This document shows positions 9,326-20,127 of a stretch of DNA of 64,000 bases, piece after piece. The DNA is from an uncultured Verrucomicrobiae bacterium (lineage in GTDB: Bacteria; Verrucomicrobiota; Verrucomicrobiia; Chthoniobacterales; JAFAMB01), in the NCBI GenBank assembly GCA_963762565.1, contig CAVXLD010000013.1:32001-96000 (forward strand). Reading direction: 5' to 3'. Below the pieces are notes generated by a model that saw only the letters and a list, made by a program, of their open reading frames with translations, had not been told where the DNA came from and ran no database searches. Numbering within the stretch: the stretch's first letter is position 1; each line of letters starts with the position of its first letter. The translations under genes were made by a program, and so were the position numbers.

Positions 9326-10642
9326 ATGCATAAACAGGTCGCGACGCCGCCCTTGGCGGCGATCAGAAGAAAGCGTCCGAAGTGGTGGCGCAGGCTGATT
9401 ATTGCTGGAGTCATTCTAGCAATGATCGCTGGCGGATTTGCGCTTTTTAACAAGGGGAACCAGGTTGCGATTCGGGTGCAGCCGGCGGCTATCAGAGATA
9501 TCACCCAGACGGTGTCTGCAACGGGAAAAATCCGGCCGGAGGTCGAGGTAAAAATATCACCGGAAGTCGCGGGTGAAATCATTGAGTTGCCCGTCATCGA
9601 CGGACAACACGTCAACAAAGGCGATTTGTTGGTAAAAATTCGGCCGGACAACTATATCGCCAGCGTCCGGCAAGCGGAAGCCGCACTCAGCTCAGCTCAA
9701 GCTGATTCCCTGATGCAGAAGTCGCAGATGCTGAATGATGAGCTCGATTATCATCGTTCACAGGACCTTTTCCAGAAGCGCTTGACATCAGACTCGGATT
9801 ACAAAGCCGCTCAAACCAAAAGCCTGGTTTCGGAGGCGTCTTATGAATCGTCTCTACATCGCATTGCGGCCCAACAGAGTGCGCTCGCACAGGCTAAGGT
9901 CCTCTTGGATAAGTGCGTGATCTACTCGCCTATCGACGGAACCATCAGCGCCCTAAATAGCGAGCTCGGTGAAAGAGTGGTGGCTACGGGTGACTTTGCG
10001 GGAACTGAAGTCATGCGAGTCGCGGACCTCGAGTCTCTGGAGGCCCGGGTTGACGTTAACGAGAACGACGTTGTGAACGTGAAGCTGGGTGATCCCGTGC
10101 GAGTCCACGTCGATGCGTACCCAGGCCACCCGTTTCAAGGAACGGTCAAACGAATAGCCAGTACGGCGACGATCCAGAATCAAGGCACTCAACAAGAGGT
10201 CACCAATTTCGAAGTACGCGTCCAGATTCTTCATCCGGATTTACAGATTCGCCCCGGTATGAGCACCACGGTTGAAATCGAAACCCAAACCGTGCACCAA
10301 GTGATTACGGTACCGATTCAATCCGTTACGGTGCGAGATAAAGAAACCGGTAAGACAGCGGACCAAATGAGAGACCAACAGCTCGCCGACCAAGGTGGTG
10401 TCACTACGACGGACTTGGAACGGAAGGAACGTAAGAAGCTTGAGCGGGTGGTGTTTGTGAAGGTGGGCGAGACGGTAAAGATGGACCGGGTCGAAACCGG
10501 GATCGCCGATGACAATTATCTGCAGATTTTATCTGGGGTAAAAGCAGGCGACCAGGTCGTCAGCGGTCCTTATACAGCGATTAGTAAGGATTTGAAGGAC
10601 GGCTCAAAGGTAGAGATCGAGAAACCGCAAGATGCAAAGTAG
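9326..10642 (+). CDS. Efflux periplasmic adaptor subunit (MacA-like)
   Basis: N-terminal TM, V-SATGKI, lipoyl halves ([25 protein letters not shown]), RPGMS. Confidence 0.9.
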   Translation: MHKQVATPPLAAIRRKRPKWWRRLIIAGVILAMIAGGFALFNKGNQVAIRVQPAAIRDITQTVSATGKIRPEVEVKISPEVAGEIIELPVIDGQHVNKGDLLVKIRPDNYIASVRQAEAALSSAQADSLMQKSQMLNDELDYHRSQDLFQKRLTSDSDYKAAQTKSLVSEASYESSLHRIAAQQSALAQAKVLLDKCVIYSPIDGTISALNSELGERVVATGDFAGTEVMRVADLESLEARVDVNENDVVNVKLGDPVRVHVDAYPGHPFQGTVKRIASTATIQNQGTQQEVTNFEVRVQILHPDLQIRPGMSTTVEIETQTVHQVITVPIQSVTVRDKETGKTADQMRDQQLADQGGVTTTDLERKERKKLERVVFVKVGETVKMDRVETGIADDNYLQILSGVKAGDQVVSGPYTAISKDLKDGSKVEIEKPQDAK

Positions 10643-11408
10643 TCCGGTGATGGCCAGGCCAGCAGCTGTGGTTCGACCTCAGGGCGAGGTTGTGATCCGG
10701 ATCGAAGGGATCACGAAAGAATATGTGATGGGTGAAACGGTGATCCGCGCGTTACGGGGGATCGATCTATTGATTCATCGAAACGAATATTTGGCGGTGA
10801 TGGGCCCGTCCGGAAGCGGGAAATCGACACTGATGAATATGCTGGGATGTCTCGATACGCCGAGCTCAGGCCGCTATGAGTTCAACGGGAAAGACGTCGC
10901 CAGCATGGAAGATGACGAGCTGGCTGAGATTCGGAACCGGGAGATTGGTTTTGTTTTCCAGACCTTCAATCTGTTACCTCGTTCTACGAGTCTAGAAAAC
11001 GTCGAGCTGCCGTTGATCTACGCTGGGCTCGGCACTCAGGAGCGTCAGCGAAGGGCAGAACAAGCGTTAATGGCGGTGGGTTTAGGTGAGCGAATGGATC
11101 ACAAGCCAAATGAATTGTCCGGCGGCCAGCGCCAACGGGTAGCGATCGCTCGAGCCCTGGTTAATCAACCGTCGATTATTCTGGCAGATGAACCTACCGG
11201 AAACCTCGACTCGCACACCGGTGAAGAAATTATGGGGCTTTTGGAGAGGCTGTACGAAGGCGGCAATACGATCGTGGTGGTGACGCACGAGGAAGAAGTC
11301 GCCGAACACGCGCGCCGCGTGGTCCGTTTAAGGGATGGAATTATCGAGAGCGACCAACGGCGGCTAGGCCATCGCTCGACAGCACCCGCCGGGGACGAGT
11401 TTTTGTAA
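10632..11408 (+). CDS. ABC transporter ATP-binding protein (MacB/LolD-like)
   Basis: [48 protein letters not shown]. Confidence 0.95.
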   Translation: MQSSPVMARPAAVVRPQGEVVIRIEGITKEYVMGETVIRALRGIDLLIHRNEYLAVMGPSGSGKSTLMNMLGCLDTPSSGRYEFNGKDVASMEDDELAEIRNREIGFVFQTFNLLPRSTSLENVELPLIYAGLGTQERQRRAEQALMAVGLGERMDHKPNELSGGQRQRVAIARALVNQPSIILADEPTGNLDSHTGEEIMGLLERLYEGGNTIVVVTHEEEVAEHARRVVRLRDGIIESDQRRLGHRSTAPAGDEFL

Positions 11409-11571
11409 TTTTCCACCAAGCAGTTTAGTGAGTGAGCTGAGCCGCACAGAGCCAATGAATACGACCCGTTCAAAGCTTCGTATAAGGGCAGCGGCAAAAT
11501 ATTCCGCCCTATACGGAACATTTTGCCGCCATAGCCCGCATCGCTCAAAAATGGCTAACCATTTTTGAGCG

Positions 11572-12822
11572 ATGCGGGCTTGGATGGAGCTTTCAGAAAG
11601 CGCTAGGATCGCCGGACAACAAATCCGGGCGAACCGTACCCGCTCTTTTCTGACCGGCTTGGGGGTCATTATCGGGATCATCGCTGTTACCCTGATGGGG
11701 ATCGCCATCAAAGGCATCGATACCGGTTTTGATCAGAGCATGAATATGCTGGGCGAGGATGTTCTCTACGTTGAGCAATACCCTTGGACCGCGATCGACG
11801 ACTTTTGGATCTACAAGAATCGGCCGGACATCAGACCTTCCATGGCAGATAGTTTGAACGCGATCATCGCGGATACCCCCCATTCGCTGCTACAGCTTGC
11901 CGTCGCTGCTCCCAACATCTTCGCGACGGCGACCTATGGAAAGCGCCAACTAACTAACGTTTACCTGATGGGAACCACCGATCTTTACGCGGCGATTACT
12001 CCCGTCAACTGTCGCGAGGGCCGATTCATCGATGAAGTTGAGAGTCGAGGTGGCCGGAATGTCTGTGTGATTGGTACCGACGTGGCTCAAGGGTTGTTTG
12101 GGGGAGACGACCCGATCGGGAAGAAAATTCGTATTGCCGAGCAAGAATACGAGGTGGTCGGAGTGTTCGAGAAACAAGGTTCTTTTCTTGGGCTTTTCAG
12201 TTTCGATTCGCAGATCGTGATTCCGCTGGCCGCTTATGCCAAGTACTTCAAGACAGGCGCCGACAGCGCTTCTATCCGGGTAAAAGTCAAAGATAGGAAA
12301 CGGATGCAAGAAGCGCGGGAAGAACTGCGCAGCGACGTTCGACGCATTCGGGGGATATTGCCCGAGAAAGAAGATAACTTTACCATCAACGAGCAACAAG
12401 CCTTCCGCTCGACGCTTGGCCCGGTCAAAGCCGGTCTTGCTATTGCCGGTCTATTTATTACCGGGCTTGCGTTATTCGTAGGCGCAATTGGGATCATGAA
12501 CATCACCTTTGTCAGTGTGAAGGAACGAACCCGAGAGATCGGGACTCGCAAAGCTTTAGGCGCGCGCAGGCGCACCATTCTTCTCCAATTCCTGATCGAA
12601 GCAGTCTCCGTTTGTCTCTTAGCGGGAGTGATCGGGCTTGTCCTAGCCTTCTTGCTCTTCGGTCTGGTGACGTTGGCCTTTCCTTCTTTCCCCATCTCAT
12701 TCTCACCCGGACTAGTGGTGGTAGCCCTTGTGATTTCGGTAGTAACGGGTGTGATCTCCGGCTTCGCCCCCGCCTGGCAAGCGTCCCGCCTAAACCCCGT
12801 CGAAGCACTCAGGTACGAATGA
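11572..12822 (+). CDS. ABC transporter permease (MacB/FtsX-like)
   Basis: RSFLTGLGVIIG, GIMNITFVSVKERTREIGTRKALGA, PAWQASRLNPVEALRYE. Confidence 0.93.
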   Translation: MRAWMELSESARIAGQQIRANRTRSFLTGLGVIIGIIAVTLMGIAIKGIDTGFDQSMNMLGEDVLYVEQYPWTAIDDFWIYKNRPDIRPSMADSLNAIIADTPHSLLQLAVAAPNIFATATYGKRQLTNVYLMGTTDLYAAITPVNCREGRFIDEVESRGGRNVCVIGTDVAQGLFGGDDPIGKKIRIAEQEYEVVGVFEKQGSFLGLFSFDSQIVIPLAAYAKYFKTGADSASIRVKVKDRKRMQEAREELRSDVRRIRGILPEKEDNFTINEQQAFRSTLGPVKAGLAIAGLFITGLALFVGAIGIMNITFVSVKERTREIGTRKALGARRRTILLQFLIEAVSVCLLAGVIGLVLAFLLFGLVTLAFPSFPISFSPGLVVVALVISVVTGVISGFAPAWQASRLNPVEALRYE

Positions 12823-13024
12823 AGTCACAGGAAAATCCCATAGGTCCTATAGGTCGCAATAAGGCCGGCCGCGCCGTAGGCTTGGCGGAGGCGGGTCCTA
12901 TCCGTGATGCGTCCGTGTGGGTTGTTTCTGCTAGTCGCGTTTGGGTGCCTAGCCGCGATCAAGGACCTGCCCAACGCTCAATCGAGCACGAGGACGAACT
13001 GCTAACCGCTAACCCTGAACCCCG

Positions 13025-14254
13025 ATGCTGACCCTCGAAATCATCCAGATGGCGTGGAGATCGCTAGGTGCTAACAAATTGCGATCGGCGCTCACGATTT
13101 CCGGGATCACGGTCGGAATTTTCTCGGTGATCAGCGTGATGACCACCATTTCCGCGTTACAGAATTCCATTGAGACTGGGCTGAGCTTCCTTGGAGCTGA
13201 TGTGTTCCAATTCGGTAAGTATCCAGGAAGCATAAATATTTTGGGGGACGAACGTTTCAAGAACCGCCGGAACATTGACTATCAGACTTATCTTACCTTT
13301 AGCCGGTTGGTTGGGGATCGCGTTCAACTGATCACACCGAAGGTTTTCGATCAGAATGTGCAAGCCGTATTTGAGAATCGGAAAACCAATCCCAATCTAG
13401 AAGTCTGTGGTACGAATGAGGGGTTTATCACTACAAATAACTTTCCGATTGCCACCGGGCGAAATCTTACGGCGAATGACGTTGAGCTTTCGCGTAATGT
13501 CTGCGTGATCGGGAAAGAGGCGGTCGATCGGCTTTTTCCCCAAGGCGGCGCAGTGGGGAAGACGATTCGATTGGATGGGAGGAGCTACGAAGTGGTGGGA
13601 ACTTTTGCACCGAAAGGCGAAGCTTTTGGCGCTAACGAAGATAATGCGGTGATCATCCCCATTACCAAGTTCTTTGAGAACTACGGGTCCAAGAATCGGA
13701 CCGTGAACATCGCCGTCCAAGCTCGGAATCAGATCGTTTACGAAAAGACCATGGGTTACGCGATTGGGGCTTTTCGCAAAGCTCGTGAACTCAAACCGGA
13801 AGACCCGAACGACTTCGAGATCTATAGCAATGATTCGTTAGGGTCAGCTTTCCGTAATATTGCGGGCATGGTGCGAATTGGTGCTTTCGTCATTAGCACG
13901 ATCGCATTGATCGCCGCCGGTATCGGTATCATGAATATCATGCTGGTTAGCGTGACGGAACGAACCAAAGAGATCGGGGTCCGCAAATCGCTGGGAGCCA
14001 GACAACGGGATATTCGTCTACAGTTTCTTTTGGAAGCGCTATTTCTTTCGCTCCTGGGCGCATTGAGCGGAATCGTTCTTGGGGTTGCCGCCGGCAACGG
14101 ATTTGCCGCGTTCGTCAAAGCCCAATTGGTTTTCCCTTGGGGTTGGTCCATTGCCGGCGTCCTGGTTTGTTCCGCCATCGGTATCATCTTCGGCCTGTAT
14201 CCCGCGCATAAAGCGGCTTCGTTAGATCCCATTGAAGCGCTTAGGTATGAATAG
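13025..14254 (+). CDS. ABC transporter permease (MacB/FtsX-like), second copy
   Basis: NKLRSALT, GIMNIMLVSVTERTKEIGVRKSLGA, PAHKAASLDPIEALRYE. Confidence 0.93.
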   Translation: MLTLEIIQMAWRSLGANKLRSALTISGITVGIFSVISVMTTISALQNSIETGLSFLGADVFQFGKYPGSINILGDERFKNRRNIDYQTYLTFSRLVGDRVQLITPKVFDQNVQAVFENRKTNPNLEVCGTNEGFITTNNFPIATGRNLTANDVELSRNVCVIGKEAVDRLFPQGGAVGKTIRLDGRSYEVVGTFAPKGEAFGANEDNAVIIPITKFFENYGSKNRTVNIAVQARNQIVYEKTMGYAIGAFRKARELKPEDPNDFEIYSNDSLGSAFRNIAGMVRIGAFVISTIALIAAGIGIMNIMLVSVTERTKEIGVRKSLGARQRDIRLQFLLEALFLSLLGALSGIVLGVAAGNGFAAFVKAQLVFPWGWSIAGVLVCSAIGIIFGLYPAHKAASLDPIEALRYE

Positions 14255-14291
14255 GGCGCGAGAGGACCACTGCGCGTGCCACTCGCGATGC

Positions 14292-14376
14292 GCTTCGTTC
14301 TCGTCCTCGTCGTCGTCCTCGTCCTCGAATTCGGCTCCCGCGGAGTGATGGAGTAATGGAGCGTTGGAGTATTGTG
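14292..14376 (-). repeat. Dispersed repeat family E
   Basis: Reverse complement of 5544-5603 with extra (GAC)n units. Confidence 0.75.
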
Positions 14377-14442
14377 CTAGACCGAATCGCAGCCCCGCAA
14401 CCATTCGGGCGCCGCTTCCAGGGCGCAGATGGGGGTTCGGCT

Positions 14443-14490
14443 AACCCAGGGTTGAAACCCTGGGTTGTTCTCTTCGGCCATTTCATGGCC
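14443..14490. repeat. Palindromic repeat family C (CCCAGGGTT..AACCCTGGG)
   Basis: Palindrome also at 57737-57756; flanking GGCCATTTCATGGCC part matches 60634-60664 in reverse. Confidence 0.65.
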
Positions 14491-14704
14491 GGAAAATCGT
14501 CCTTATAGCGACCCCAGCATCGCCGTCAGGTCCACGATCGGTTGATTTTGCCGAATGCGATTGCCCCGCTCGGCCAGCAATCTAGCTTGAATCGGAGTCA
14601 AATTATTCAGGTCCAGCATCTTCTTAGCGACCGTGTAGATCAGAACTTCGCGGACCCCAACGATTTTGCCTTGCCGTACGTGGACAGAAATCCATCCTGC
14701 CGCC

Positions 14705-14875
14705 ATGTCACCGGAAGTTCATAGACTATTTTCGCAGGAAGTCCGCGACGAATGTTTCTCGAAGTTCGCAGTCAAAACTGCACGACTACTTTCTGATTGG
14801 CATGGATTCGCCTTCGACGCAAAGACTCCGGCTGGTCCATGTATCCTGAAGGTCACTCATTCGTCCCACCGTACC
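14705..14875 (+). pseudogene. N-terminal fragment of an APH/homoserine-kinase-like phosphotransferase
   Basis: ...LLSDWHGFAF...CILKVTHSSHRT resembles the N-lobe of this family; no HxD/DF motifs follow. Confidence 0.45.
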
Positions 14876-15346
14876 GACGGCCGGAAAACACCTCGCAAGG
14901 CCCAAATCGGGGAGGGCGCGCTGCCTGTCCGACATAGCCTGATGCATCCAATCGATTTTTCTCCCGCGTGGGCGACGTCGGATCCCCGCGCGCCGCGAAG
15001 ACGTGCCACAACCGGAGGGTGTATTTTTGTCCACGACTACAACACGCTCTCGGCTTTGCTAACAAAACGGATCGCGAGGACGCGATCCCTCCCGGGCGAT
15101 GCTCCGCGCGCAATCCACGACCGAAGCGCCATCACTTAATCACTGCGCTCAGCCGATTTATTACAAAACGCCACGATTGTGACAAAAAATTCACCTTCCC
15201 GGGCTTAGACTTAAGCCGGGTTTGCAAGGATTAATTCCGCGTAAGTCGCAGGCATTCACCTGGCAGGACGAGGGTGGTCTGATCAATGCGCAGTTTTTTC
15301 GGAATCGTCCGCGTTTTTCTCAGGAGGATCTCAGCGGCAAACAACC

Positions 15347-15788
15347 ATGACTATGAAACAATACCTCCTCTGTGGCGCTAGAATCGCCCACGTCAGTTGC
15401 CTCGCATTCCTGTTGCTGGGGTTCAGCCAAATAGTTAAGGCGCAGCCGACATCGACCAGTCCGGATTATTCGATCACGGTGTTCGCCAGCTGGCTCGTCT
15501 ACGGGGCTTTCGGCAACATTCCGGGTGTCGCGTACCGGGGATGTTTCTCTAGCGTTGCCAGTCTATCTGATGATCACGGATAGCTCGAAAGCATCATCTA
15601 CCACAACCGAGAAGACGGTCACGATCCCTGCTGGAGCATCTTCTGTAACGGTGTCTTTAGCGCTCGCGGCGAGCGATAGTTCAAAACAGAATGTCGTCGT
15701 CAGCGTCCAGCCCGACCCCAGCTACAACGTCCAACCGAATATCCTGAACACCGCAGTCCAAGTTCTATCACTTCCGTTGCCGAAGTGA
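15347..15788 (+). pseudogene. Broken exported protein (signal peptide plus Calx-beta/Ig-like tail in a different frame)
   Basis: 15347-15583 has a signal peptide and AQPTSTSPDYSITVFA; overlapping frame 15525-15788 has TVTIPAGASSVTV..VQPDPSYNV. Confidence 0.5.
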
Positions 15789-15802
15789 TGTTTGGCGACC
15801 GG

Positions 15803-16053
15803 CCGGGCGTGTGGGTGTGGTGCACGCGCCCGGGCGTGGAACCCGCGCGGTAGTTCAGCGGATAAGCTCCGCCTTCGCCAAGCCTACGGCGCGACAGGCT
15901 TTATGGGACTAATGGGACCGCCATATAAGTCCCATATGTCCTATAGGTCCCATCCAATCGCAGGGTCCAGCGCGTATGTGTCCTCACACCGCTGGATACG
16001 TCCTTCGCTCACACGCCGATACGCCGACACGCCCATACCCCCACACGCCCCCG
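15803..16053. repeat. Composite repeat family D
   Basis: ATGGGACC..ATATAAGTCC..ATAGGTCC core and ACGCCGAT/ACGCCGAC tail as at 8960-9172; includes CCGCCTTCGCCAAGCCTACGGCGCG, inverse of about 12870-12895. Confidence 0.7.
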
Positions 16054-16095
16054 TTCCGGCCTAGATTCTTAAACAACCCGGGCTAGATTGCCGTC

Positions 16096-18675
16096 ATGCG
16101 GATCGATCGTTTCACTGCGAAGATGCAAGAGGGTCTGCAAGAAAGCCAATCCTTGGCTTCTGAAATGCAGAACCAGGAACTGAGTCCCGAGCATCTCTTT
16201 CTTGCTTTGCTGCGGCAACCCGACGGGTTAGCTCGGCCGCTGCTCGAGAAACTTAACGTTCAGCCGAACGCGGTAGAAAAGCAGCTGGAGGACGAACTCC
16301 AGCGCAGACCCAAGGTCAGCGGTGGAAACGCGAGCCAAACCTTGGGAAGCGACCTTCGGAACGTCCTGGATCAGGCTGAGAAAGAGATGTCGAAGCTGAA
16401 AGACGAATATGTCAGCGTCGAACACTTTCTGTTGGCGTTGGTTGATTCGCCAAACGTCGCCGCTGGTAAAATCCTGCGATCGAGCGGGGTCACCCGAGAC
16501 CGGATGATGCAGGCGTTGCAGGCCGTACGCGGCGCCCAGCATGTGACCGACCAAAATCCGGAAGGAAAATATCAGACTCTGGAAAAGTATGGGCGCGACC
16601 TGACCGAAGCGGCGCGGAAGGGGAAGATCGACCCGGTGATCGGGCGGGATAAGGAAATCAGGCGAGTGATGCAGGTTCTTTCGCGGAGGACCAAGAACAA
16701 TCCGGTCCTGATTGGCGAACCGGGCGTTGGAAAGACCGCGATTGTGGAAGGGCTTGCCAGACGAATCGTCAGCGGTGACGTACCCGATTCGCTGAAAAAG
16801 AAACGAATCATCGCCATGGACCTCGGTTCGATGATCGCCGGGGCAAAGTTTCGGGGCGAATTCGAAGACCGCCTGAAAGCGTTTCTCAAGGAGGTAACGG
16901 AATCCCAGGGAGAAATCATTCTTTTCATCGACGAGCTGCATACCATCGTCGGAGCAGGGGCGGCTGAAGGCGCAGTCGATGCATCGAATTTACTTAAGCC
17001 GCAATTAGCGCGGGGCGAGTTGCATACCATCGGCGCTACCACGCTCGACGAATATCGCAAGCACATTGAAAAGGATGCCGCTCTCGAGCGCCGGTTTCAG
17101 CCCGTAATGGTGGATGAACCCAGTGTAGAAGACACGATCGCCATCCTTCGGGGTTTAAAGGAACGGTATGAAGTTCATCACGGTGTCCGCATTCAGGACG
17201 CAGCTTTGGTCGCCGCAGCCACTTTAAGTCACCGTTATATCTCGGACCGGTTTCTGCCCGACAAAGCGGTCGACTTGGTCGACGAGGCTGCTTCGCGCCT
17301 GAAAATCGAGCTCGATTCTCTGCCGACTGAGATCGACCAAATCGAACGCGAGGTCATGCAGCGCGAGATGGAGCGCCAGGCATTAAAAAACGAGAAAGAC
17401 GAAGCGAGCCGGCGAAGATTAGAGCGACTTGAAAAAGAGTTATCCGATTTGCGGGAGCAAAGCGCCCAGCTCAGAGCTCAATGGCAGAACGAAAAGCAGG
17501 TCATCGAGCAGTCGCGAAAGCTTCAGCAACAAATCGAGAACCTCAAAGAGGAATCGGAACAGGCGCAACGCCGGGGTGACTTGGGTAAAGCCAGCGAAAT
17601 TCAGTACGGACGATTACCCGAACTGAATAAACAGCTGGCCGACACCAATAAGCGTTTGAGCGAGCTACAGAAGTCGAAACAAATTCTCAAGGAAGAGGTC
17701 ACGGAAGAAGATATCGCAGAGGTAGTATCAAGTTGGACCGGGATCCCGGTTTCGCGGCTACAGGAAAGCCAAAGAGAGAAGCTGGTGCACATGGAGGACC
17801 GGCTCGGGGAACGCGTCATCGGACAGCGGGAAGCGATCAAAGCGGTTTCAAACGCGGTGCGGCGAGCCCGGGCGGGACTGCAAGATGAGAACCGGCCGAT
17901 TGGTTCTTTCATCTTCCTTGGGCCTACCGGCGTGGGAAAAACCGAGCTCGCTCGAGCGCTGGCTGAATTTCTCTTTGATGACGAGAACGCGATGATCCGG
18001 ATCGACATGAGCGAGTACATGGAGAAACACACCGTGGCTCGTCTGGTTGGCGCCCCTCCAGGCTATGTCGGGTACGAGGAAGGCGGCCAACTGAGTGAAG
18101 CCGTGCGCCGGAAACCTTACAGCGTTGTGCTCTTTGATGAGATCGAAAAAGCGCACCCGGACGTCTTTAATGTTCTGCTTCAGGTCTTGGATGACGGCCG
18201 GATCACCGATGGTCAAGGTCGCACCGTCGATTTCAAGAACACGGTCATTATCATGACCAGCAACATCGGCAGCCAATTCATCATGGATGCCACCGATAAA
18301 GACGTTCGTAACCGCCGGGTGATGGAAGCGCTGCGCAACCATTTCCGTCCCGAATTTTTGAATCGGGTCGATGAGATCATCATTTTCGATCGATTAACCG
18401 AAAGCGAACTGACCAAGATCGTCGATATCCAACTGGCGCGCGTGTTGAAGAGACTACAGCAACAAGGCCTGAAACTGACGCTCAAGGATAGCGCCAAACA
18501 TCTCTTGGCCAAGGAAGGTTACGATCCGGTCTATGGCGCTCGCCCGTTGAAGCGAGTGATCCAGCGCTTGTTGTTGGATCCACTGAGTCTCGCCGTCCTG
18601 GAAGGCAAATTCGCCGCCGGCGACACGATTGAGGCCGAAACCAAGGGCGACGAGCTCGACTTTAAAAAGGGGTAG
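16096..18675 (+). CDS. clpB: ATP-dependent chaperone ClpB
   Basis: Two AAA+ domains ([16 protein letters not shown]), long coiled-coil middle domain, [14 protein letters not shown]. Confidence 0.97.
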   Translation: MRIDRFTAKMQEGLQESQSLASEMQNQELSPEHLFLALLRQPDGLARPLLEKLNVQPNAVEKQLEDELQRRPKVSGGNASQTLGSDLRNVLDQAEKEMSKLKDEYVSVEHFLLALVDSPNVAAGKILRSSGVTRDRMMQALQAVRGAQHVTDQNPEGKYQTLEKYGRDLTEAARKGKIDPVIGRDKEIRRVMQVLSRRTKNNPVLIGEPGVGKTAIVEGLARRIVSGDVPDSLKKKRIIAMDLGSMIAGAKFRGEFEDRLKAFLKEVTESQGEIILFIDELHTIVGAGAAEGAVDASNLLKPQLARGELHTIGATTLDEYRKHIEKDAALERRFQPVMVDEPSVEDTIAILRGLKERYEVHHGVRIQDAALVAAATLSHRYISDRFLPDKAVDLVDEAASRLKIELDSLPTEIDQIEREVMQREMERQALKNEKDEASRRRLERLEKELSDLREQSAQLRAQWQNEKQVIEQSRKLQQQIENLKEESEQAQRRGDLGKASEIQYGRLPELNKQLADTNKRLSELQKSKQILKEEVTEEDIAEVVSSWTGIPVSRLQESQREKLVHMEDRLGERVIGQREAIKAVSNAVRRARAGLQDENRPIGSFIFLGPTGVGKTELARALAEFLFDDENAMIRIDMSEYMEKHTVARLVGAPPGYVGYEEGGQLSEAVRRKPYSVVLFDEIEKAHPDVFNVLLQVLDDGRITDGQGRTVDFKNTVIIMTSNIGSQFIMDATDKDVRNRRVMEALRNHFRPEFLNRVDEIIIFDRLTESELTKIVDIQLARVLKRLQQQGLKLTLKDSAKHLLAKEGYDPVYGARPLKRVIQRLLLDPLSLAVLEGKFAAGDTIEAETKGDELDFKKG

Positions 18676-18695
18676 GGGATTTGGTCGGGACTAAC

Positions 18696-18899
18696 TTGGT
18701 GGGGCGAGGCTCCAAAACCTTATCAATCCCATATCGAATTGGCTTACTGGTGTGAATTGTCCGTAAAAGGTGGCAGCCTGGCCGAGCCGCTGCGTCGCGC
18801 CACCCGCGGCTCGGCCAAGCTGATCACGCGCTCTGATGGATCGGCCTTGTAGAACTAATTCGTCAGGAATCGGCCACATTTTTGGAGCCTCGCCCTACC
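18696..18899. repeat. REP/REPIN-like element, family A (complete doublet)
   Basis: TTGGTGGGGCGAGGCTCC-67nt-GCCGAGCC-19nt-GGCTCGGC-68nt-GGAGCCTCGCCCTACC. Confidence 0.85.
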
Positions 18900-19014
18900 G
18901 TCATTACCGCGTAGCGGTCCGCCTCGCCCTACGATTATGGGGCGTAGCCGCCGCCTCGCCCGATCAAACATTTCCCCTGTTGAAATTGCGGCTAGGTTTA
19001 GAGAAATTCCCGAC

Positions 19015-19290
19015 ATGAAATCGGCTTATGAGCTCGCCATGGAGCGCCTTCAAAAAGATGCACCGTCTACCCCCTTAAACGCCGAACAACGCGCCCAGAT
19101 TGCCGAGATTGATTCTCTTTACAAGGCGAAGATCGCGGAAAAGGAATTGTTGCTGAAGAGCGAAATCGCCCAGGAACAAGCCAAAGGGAAATTCGATCAA
19201 GTAGAACAACTCCAAAAACAATTGGCCTCAGAACTGCGCCGCCTGAACGAGGAACGCGAGGAGAAGAAAGAGAAAGTACGGCGGGGTTAG
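19015..19290 (+). CDS. Conserved hypothetical coiled-coil protein (MKSAYELAMERL...)
   Basis: ATG 19015; charged helical 91-aa ORF; N-terminus recalled from Verrucomicrobia proteins. Confidence 0.75.
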   Translation: MKSAYELAMERLQKDAPSTPLNAEQRAQIAEIDSLYKAKIAEKELLLKSEIAQEQAKGKFDQVEQLQKQLASELRRLNEEREEKKEKVRRG

Positions 19291-19324
19291 AAGTGATTGG
19301 TGATTAGTGATTGGTGGAAGAAAC

Positions 19325-19458
19325 TTGGTAGGGCGAGGCTCCCGATCGGCCGACAACGGTTCGCAACGCTTTTGGCTTTATCCGTCGGATTAGTGTGCTT
19401 CACCTTCTTGCTCGCCGAGGCGCTGACCCATCGCGTGCTACGCAGCCCCGTCCCCCAA
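19325..19458. repeat. REP-like element, family A (one arm plus degenerate partner)
   Basis: TTGGTAGGGCGAGGCTCC-71nt-GCCGAGG, then degenerate CAGCCCCGTCCCCCAA. Confidence 0.75.
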
Positions 19459-19514
19459 TTGCTTCTTGCACCGATTCCCTTTCGGCGCTAACTAGTCCGT
19501 CCAGCTTTTCAAGC

Positions 19515-19587
19515 GGGGGTATAGCTCAGTTGGTAGAGCGTCTCGTTCGCAATGAGAAGGCCAGGGGTTCGAATCCCCTTACCTCCA
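19515..19587 (+). tRNA. tRNA-Ala(CGC)
   Basis: Acceptor stem GGGGGTA/TACCTCC with G3:U70, D-arm AGCTCAGTTGGTAGAGC, anticodon loop TTCGCAA, GGTTCGAATCC T-arm; CCA not encoded. Confidence 0.97.
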
Positions 19588-20127
19588 AATAACTTAGGCC
19601 GAGTTACTTACGAAAATAATATTGCCTACTCTCAACACTAATCCTCAGTCTTTAGCACTAACCGGCGACATTCCCGGGCGATCGCCAAACCGCATGCCGC
19701 CGGCAGTATCTTTATCCGGCCGCATATCGACTTGGTGGCAGAGCATGGACCAGAAGCGATTATCCCGCTATCTGGATCTACCGCGGCGGCGGGTTGGGCT
19801 CTTTTACGATTCACTCCAACCCGGGCATTAATATCGGTGCAGGTGCCATGAGGCGGATCCGCCATAGATATTGCTCGGGTATCGGGGTATAAATCTTCGC
19901 TTTCGCCTTGTGTTGTGAGGCAAACTGTTTGAGTCTGAAAGCCCTGCTTCGTCCGACTTCCTCCTCCGATGCTGGTAGGGTTAAAAACTGGAGCTTTCGG
20001 TCCGGGGTTTAGCTCGATGTAGATAGTCACCGCCCCGCCTGCGCCTCAGCGCTGGTGAGGAGTTTTAAGCCCGGGCTTAAAGGCCGGCTACTGCGAGTTA
20101 ACAAAATCGAACAGGAAACACCCTACT

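Noticed and set aside
14222..14486. Acidic or Arg-rich ORFs (EDEDDDEDENE, RGRGRRRGRE)
   Set aside because: They are translations of repeat family E.
16228..18512. Long antisense ORFs within clpB, and similar shadows in xdh, ydeP and ccp
   Set aside because: These are typical GC-rich antisense or alternate-frame shadows of well-supported genes.
19395..19592. ORF overlapping the tRNA
   Set aside because: It is explained by tRNA-Ala and the upstream repeat.
19638..20030. 130-aa ORF after the tRNA as a possible integrase remnant
   Set aside because: It has no tyrosine or serine recombinase motifs, and its coding status is doubtful.
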